From: an uncultured bacterium
GTDB taxonomy: Bacteria; Verrucomicrobiota; Kiritimatiellia; CAIKKV01; CAIJXV01
NCBI GenBank assembly: GCA_903824675.1
Contig: CAIJXV010000009.1
Coordinates: 956 to 64,955 of the forward strand
Length of the DNA: 64,000 nt
Direction: 5' to 3'
In this document: piece by piece, positions 59,501 to 64,000 of the stretch
Position numbering within the stretch: position 1 is the first letter of the stretch
Layout of the letters: every line of letters starts with the position of its first letter
Notes under the pieces: generated by a model
Seen by the model: the letters and a program-made list of their open reading frames with translations, nothing else
Told to the model about the DNA's origin: nothing
Database searches by the model: none
Program-made: the position numbers and the translations under genes

Positions 59501-59929
59501 TTACAGAATTTGCGTAACGGAGCACCCGGCCTTCACGCCGGTGGGGAGAGTCAGGGAATGAGTTTTGTCATGGCCCAAAAATTGCAAATGGATGCGAATC
59601 CGGCGAGTGGAAGGAATAAGGGGGGCGACGGTTAAATGACAACGGCCTTTTTCGTCTGGGCGCAGCAGGAGGGCGCACGGGCGATCGGTTCGGATCGACC
59701 AGCCTTCAGCATGACGCAGGGTTCCCGATTGATGGAAAATGGCCTGAATGACACCCGTCTCGCGATGACGGACCGCCTGGAGCCGGGGTGAATTCTCAAG
59801 GATTTCAATCAAACCCGTATCGGCAGGGACGGAATTGAGGCCGATGATCTCCGATTCAAAAAAGAACCAATTATGACCGGTTCGGAGGGGGAGGGTCGGG
59901 CGGGGTGTACGAGGACGTTGAGTTTTCAT
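59501..59929 (-). CDS. Hypothetical protein (142 aa)
   Basis: ORF only. No motif recognised. Abuts the Gfo/Idh/MocA gene start. Confidence 0.3.
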   Translation of the reverse strand: MKTQRPRTPRPTLPLRTGHNWFFFESEIIGLNSVPADTGLIEILENSPRLQAVRHRETGVIQAIFHQSGTLRHAEGWSIRTDRPCALLLRPDEKGRCHLTVAPLIPSTRRIRIHLQFLGHDKTHSLTLPTGVKAGCSVTQIL

Positions 59930-59943
59930 GATGAGGTCCGAAC

Positions 59944-60498
59944 CTAACGGGATTCTGTTTCCGGGCGTCGCAACGCCAGGGGTTGTCCGAGAATTTCGCG
60001 GGCGAGCATGAATTGGATCAGGGCCTTACGGTTTGAGAAGTCCGCCAACAATTCCGGGGCATGCGGGGAAAAATCGGGGAGGGGATCGATTGTCGGGCGC
60101 GGGCGAGACCGGATCGGCGCATTGGGCGAAGGGGCTGGTATCTCGATCGGAACGGGGATGGCGGGTCCGGTTGAACGCTGGGCATGTGAAAAGTTTGGAT
60201 TTTGGGGTTTATGAAAAGCAGTTGGATTGGTAACGGGGGCGGGGGGTGGGCGATGGGTGGTCGGGGCTGTCTTGGGTAGATCACCTTTGAGTTTTTCGAG
60301 AAACTCGGCCAAGTCGCCAGCGGGTTGGGACTCATCGAGATCAGGTGCGGGTTCCTGTGTTGTGGGGGGCGACGAGGGGGAGGCGCGTTTATTGATCATC
60401 TGGATGACGACCCAGATGACGCCGACGATCAGCATCACCATGAAATCGCCGCCGGCGGCGAGGGGACCCGGCAAAGGGAGAGGGAACTGCATTACCAT
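59944..60498 (-). CDS. Hypothetical membrane protein with Pro-rich linker
   Basis: N-terminal TM (MVMLIVGVIWVVIQMI), a long proline-rich low-complexity spacer, and a short conserved-looking C-terminal helix. Confidence 0.35.
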   Translation of the reverse strand: MVMQFPLPLPGPLAAGGDFMVMLIVGVIWVVIQMINKRASPSSPPTTQEPAPDLDESQPAGDLAEFLEKLKGDLPKTAPTTHRPPPAPVTNPTAFHKPQNPNFSHAQRSTGPAIPVPIEIPAPSPNAPIRSRPRPTIDPLPDFSPHAPELLADFSNRKALIQFMLAREILGQPLALRRPETESR

Positions 60499-60555
60499 GA
60501 CGGGTTCCTGAACGGCGGGGGGCCTGAATCGCAGGCCGACCCGCCGGATACGGGG

Positions 60556-61578
60556 TTACTTGGTGGTTTTGTCTTCGGGACCGCCGGCGATAAATTTCCG
60601 CATATCGGTATCGGATTGGATATTCTGGAGGCGGTAATAATCCATGACTCCGAGGTTTCCGTCGCGGAAGGCCTGGGCGATGGCCTTGGGAACCTCGGCC
60701 TGGGCTTCGACGACCCGGGCCTGCATTTCCTGGACGAGGGCGCGCATTTCCTGCTCGCGGGCGACGGCGGTGGCCCGACGTCCCTCGGCTTCGGCCTGAC
60801 GCATTTTCTTATCGGCTTCGGCGCGTTCGGTTTCAAGGAGAGCGCCGACATTGGCGGCGTTGTTGATGCCGGCGACGCTGATGTCGGCGATATCGATGGA
60901 GACGATTTCGAACGCCGTTTGGGAATCGAGTCCGCTGTTGAGCACCTTGCGCGAGATGTGGTCGGGATTCTCCAGGACATCCTTGTAGGTGGTGGAGGAA
61001 CCGATGGCGCTGACGATGCCCTGACCGACGCGGGCGATGATGGTTTCCTCGCCGGCGCCGCCGACGAGTCGTTCGAGGTTGGTGCGGACCGTGACCCGGG
61101 CCTTGACGAGCAGGCGGATCCCATCCTTGGCGACGGCGTCGAGCATGGCGCCGCTAACGCTCTTACTGGGGTCTGGGCAATCGATGACCTTGGGAATGAC
61201 GCTGGTGCGGACGGCATCGAAGACGTCGCGTCCGGCGAGATCGATGGCAGCGGCTTTTTGGAAGTTCAGACTGATGCCGGCCTTGTCCGCGGCGATCAGG
61301 CCCTGGACCACATTAATGACATTACCTCCGGCGAGATAGTGGGCTTCGAGCATATCGACGGAGAGTTGCAGGCCGGCCTTGATGAGGCGGATCCGGGCGT
61401 CGACGATCAAGCGGGGGGGGACCTGGCGCAGTTTCATGCCGATGAGGGCGAACATGGAAATGGGCGCGCGGGAGACCAGCGCGCGAACATAGAGTCCCAG
61501 GAAGTAGCAGATGACGCCGAAGATGATGATGCCGACGAGACCGACGAGGACCAACAGGATGGGGAAGAGCTTCTCCAT
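60556..61578 (-). CDS. floA: Flotillin-like SPFH protein FloA (UPF0365 family)
   Basis: N-terminal TM then an SPFH domain. C-terminal coiled-coil [37 protein letters not shown] is characteristic of the YqfA/FloA family. Confidence 0.8.
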   Translation of the reverse strand: MEKLFPILLVLVGLVGIIIFGVICYFLGLYVRALVSRAPISMFALIGMKLRQVPPRLIVDARIRLIKAGLQLSVDMLEAHYLAGGNVINVVQGLIAADKAGISLNFQKAAAIDLAGRDVFDAVRTSVIPKVIDCPDPSKSVSGAMLDAVAKDGIRLLVKARVTVRTNLERLVGGAGEETIIARVGQGIVSAIGSSTTYKDVLENPDHISRKVLNSGLDSQTAFEIVSIDIADISVAGINNAANVGALLETERAEADKKMRQAEAEGRRATAVAREQEMRALVQEMQARVVEAQAEVPKAIAQAFRDGNLGVMDYYRLQNIQSDTDMRKFIAGGPEDKTTK

Positions 61579-61609
61579 ATCAACATTCCTTTCGTTTGTT
61601 CATTTCAAT

Positions 61610-62848
61610 TCAGAGCGCGGGCGTTTCTGGATTCCCGGATTTCGAATCCGGCAACGGGGGCGGGGCCACCAGGACGGGAATCCGGTGATCCAACAGGGTG
61701 ATGGTCATGGATCCCAGCCCAAACACCGCCACTCCCAGCCAGACCAGCCAACCGGCGGGCGGTGGCAGGTTTGACAGGGTCCAGACGATAATCAATCCGG
61801 CGAGCAGAGTCCAGAAGACATTTGTATCCGGACGCAAGGAGCGCAGGATGCGGCGGCCGAGGGCGAGGGCGACGATGAATTTGGCGAGGTAGAGCAGGGC
61901 AACCCAGAGTCCGGCGGTCAACAGGGCGAGGGGGAGACCGATGCCGATCACCAGGAAAACCAAAGCGGCGGCCGGGAAAGCCAGGAGTGCGACCAGGCCG
62001 ACACCGAGGCATTTCCAGGGATAGACTTCAAGGGTTTGCAATGCCCGGGCGTTAAAGGTGGGGAAGAACGTGGCGAAGATAATGCCGGTCAGCAGTGCGC
62101 CGAGGAGAATGGCCAGTTCGAAAAAGAAAAGGGTCCATGTGTATCGGGAGGGTGGGGTGACCGGAACGATTCGGACGAGGCGTCCGGTGACATGGACCTT
62201 GGGGTCAAGGAAGAGTTCGGAGGGGGAGGTATAGAACAGGTCGCCATGGATGATGGTGCCGGGCATGAGGGTTAAATTCTGGGCGGCGACGAGGGTGACC
62301 GAATCGCCGAATGAACCGGCGAGGGTGACGGATTTGCCGTAAATCCGGGTGGATCCATGGATGCGGCCGTTGACCATCACCTCGGAACCGGCGAGCCAGG
62401 CGGATCCATCGAGAGAGGCGGTGGGTCCGATAAAGATCTGGGGTGCCGCAGCCATGAGTCCATTGGCCACGCCCCCGTTGATGGAGATGGCTTCAGACGC
62501 GAGAAATCGGGCGTGATCGAATACCTGCCCATTGAGGCGGATCGAAGATCCGATGGCCCACACATCGTTGGAGCAGATACCCCCCAGGACGATGGCGCCA
62601 TTGGTGTAGCCCCGTCCGGCGGAGGACAGGAGGAAAAGATCGTTTTGGGCCTGCCCCTGGATGTCCTCGGTTTGGGCCAGGATCCACAGTTCGCGCGATT
62701 CGACGGCGTTGGCGGGAAGGACGTAGTGGTTGGTGTTGATCCATTCAGTCATTGCCCGGGAAGGACCGGCGATCAGTCCCAGAAAGGCAACCAGGGCGAG
62801 AGGGGCGAAACGGGTTGGTAGGATACGAAACATGACATCACTTTCCAA
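61610..62848 (-). CDS. Membrane protein with N-terminal beta-helical (bactofilin-like) repeat domain and C-terminal multi-TM region
   Basis: Repeats such as IRLNGQVFDHARF, VMVNGRIHGSTRIYGKSVTLAGSFGDSVTLVAAQNL, then 5-6 hydrophobic helices. Confidence 0.5.
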   Translation of the reverse strand: MESDVMFRILPTRFAPLALVAFLGLIAGPSRAMTEWINTNHYVLPANAVESRELWILAQTEDIQGQAQNDLFLLSSAGRGYTNGAIVLGGICSNDVWAIGSSIRLNGQVFDHARFLASEAISINGGVANGLMAAAPQIFIGPTASLDGSAWLAGSEVMVNGRIHGSTRIYGKSVTLAGSFGDSVTLVAAQNLTLMPGTIIHGDLFYTSPSELFLDPKVHVTGRLVRIVPVTPPSRYTWTLFFFELAILLGALLTGIIFATFFPTFNARALQTLEVYPWKCLGVGLVALLAFPAAALVFLVIGIGLPLALLTAGLWVALLYLAKFIVALALGRRILRSLRPDTNVFWTLLAGLIIVWTLSNLPPPAGWLVWLGVAVFGLGSMTITLLDHRIPVLVAPPPLPDSKSGNPETPAL

Positions 62849-63329
62849 TTTGACGAACGATCACTCGGTTGCCTTCGACGCGGAGGACGTGGATCCGGGT
62901 GCCACTGGGAATGAGATTTCCCTCGCTGATCACGTCAATTTTGTTGCCGCCGATGACGGCAAAGCCGGAGGGGCGCAGGTCCGAATGGGCCACGCCTTCC
63001 TGGCCGACCAAATCGGCGGATTGGGATGGGGCCTTGAAATCCTTGCCGTCCGTTTCCAGGGAGATGGAACGACCGATCCGGGTTTTGGGAAAGACCTTGA
63101 GCCAGACCCAGAGGGATGTACCGAGGAGGATCAGGACGGCGACGGCTGCATAAATACCGAACGTCGGATTGTAGGCGAAGGCGACGGACACGGCACCGAA
63201 GAGGGCGATGACGCCGAAGGTACCGACGATGCCGCCGGGAATGAAAATTTCGGCGCCGACCGCCAGCAACCCGGCGAGGAGGAGCGTGATGAATATCTGA
63301 ATCCGGCCATCCTGAAGTAATTCCGACAT
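62838..63329 (-). CDS. NfeD-family protein (short form; membrane + C-terminal OB-fold)
   Basis: TM helices then C-terminal GFAVIGGNKIDVISEGNLIPSGTRIHVLRVEGNRVIV OB-fold. Start taken at MSELLQDG to avoid an 80-nt overlap. Confidence 0.65.
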   Translation of the reverse strand: MSELLQDGRIQIFITLLLAGLLAVGAEIFIPGGIVGTFGVIALFGAVSVAFAYNPTFGIYAAVAVLILLGTSLWVWLKVFPKTRIGRSISLETDGKDFKAPSQSADLVGQEGVAHSDLRPSGFAVIGGNKIDVISEGNLIPSGTRIHVLRVEGNRVIVRQIGK

Positions 63330-63339
63330 GAGTTGCCTT

Positions 63340-63987
63340 TTAGGTTTTCGGGTTGAAGGGGGTGACGATGATCCGGTGAGAAGTAGCGGAGGTGATGACC
63401 ACCGTTTGTCCCGACGCAATGAAATCGCCTTCGCTGGCGGCCGCCACCCGGTTGTCGTCCAGAAGGATGAACCCGGAGGGGTTCAGATGGGTCAGGGTTT
63501 GCGCCTGGCGGCCGATTAAATCGAAAGGACGCGCGGAGAGGGTGGGGGCGGCAGAGTCGGTTAATTCGGTATCGAGGACGAGTTGATGGAAGAGGCGGGT
63601 TTTGGGGAGAAACCGGCCGAGAGCGAGAAGTCCGGCGAGGGAGGCGATCAATGCGAGAGCGACCTGTTGGAAGGATTTGCTCACGTCGGCGAATTCGGGG
63701 ATGAGGGGGGAACCGGGAAAGTGGGGGGTCAGGCCCATGACCAGGGAGATGAGGATGAGCAGGATGCCGAGGAATCCGACCATGCCGAACCCGGGCAGGA
63801 TGAAAATTTCGACGGCGAGGAGGGCGACCCCGAGGATAAAGAGGATGACATCTTCCATGCCCGCAAGACCGGCGACGTGATGGCCCCAGAACCAGATGGC
63901 GAGCAGGAGAATGCCGAGGATGCCGGGCAGGCCAAAGCCCGGGGTTTTGAATTCGATATAGAGGCCGAGCAATCCGCCGGCGAGCAA
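63340..63987 (-). CDS. NfeD-family protein (second paralog; N-terminus may continue beyond the window end)
   Basis: Membrane helices (FGLPGILGILLLAIWFW) plus C-terminal OB-fold (GFILLDDNRVAAASEGDFIASGQTVVITSATSHRIIV). Gene runs to within 13 nt of the window edge. Confidence 0.6.
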   Translation of the reverse strand: MLAGGLLGLYIEFKTPGFGLPGILGILLLAIWFWGHHVAGLAGMEDVILFILGVALLAVEIFILPGFGMVGFLGILLILISLVMGLTPHFPGSPLIPEFADVSKSFQQVALALIASLAGLLALGRFLPKTRLFHQLVLDTELTDSAAPTLSARPFDLIGRQAQTLTHLNPSGFILLDDNRVAAASEGDFIASGQTVVITSATSHRIIVTPFNPKT

Positions 63988-64000
63988 AAGGATGGAGAGG

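Overview
This is a high-GC (~60%) bacterial chromosomal window. The gene content suggests a Verrucomicrobia/Planctomycetes-like organism: TAT-signal Gfo/Idh/MocA, GH127, a Bat aerotolerance operon, GldG-type ABC genes and a TIGR02436-like four-helix-bundle gene. No rRNA, tRNA or CRISPR array was recognised. Layout from left to right: (1) a NusG paralog and a Cys-rich tandem-repeat protein (1-1630); (2) an accessory-looking stretch with a Sel1-repeat secreted protein, a VapBC toxin-antitoxin pair and several copies of a ~125-180 nt twin-hairpin repeat (1800-4450); (3) a 12.4-kb co-directional minus-strand cluster encoding three giant paralogous secreted proteins (signal peptide + TolB-N/CsgG-like domain + TPR arrays), a CsgG-like tandem-domain protein and a secreted hypothetical (4670-17038); (4) an AbiEi/AbiEii abortive-infection toxin-antitoxin pair, followed by a mosaic of gene remnants and a nonsense-interrupted SGNH hydrolase (17200-19850); (5) a glycan-utilisation locus with a beta-propeller GH, a sialate-O-acetylesterase-like SGNH esterase, a clan GH-A hydrolase, MFS, GH127, MBL hydrolase, amidohydrolase, sugar-phosphate isomerase, DegT aminotransferase, AraC regulator and a URO-D-like enzyme (20517-36568); (6) a ~14-kb co-directional minus-strand array running gldA/F/G-like ABC genes, DUF4340, MoxR ATPase, DUF58, DUF4381-like, BatA, a BatB/C fusion and a BatD/E fusion, ending in a four-helix-bundle gene (36674-51549); (7) housekeeping genes: a small heat-shock protein with a candidate sigma54 promoter, an SNF2/SWIM helicase, PrmA, RNase HIII, Gfo/Idh/MocA oxidoreductase, and flotillin FloA with two NfeD genes (51611-64000). 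The most unusual features are the paralogous giant TolB-N-like/TPR protein cluster, bracketed by the two toxin-antitoxin modules and by direct copies of the twin-hairpin repeat, and the remnant mosaic that duplicates the ends of genes found 15 kb away.
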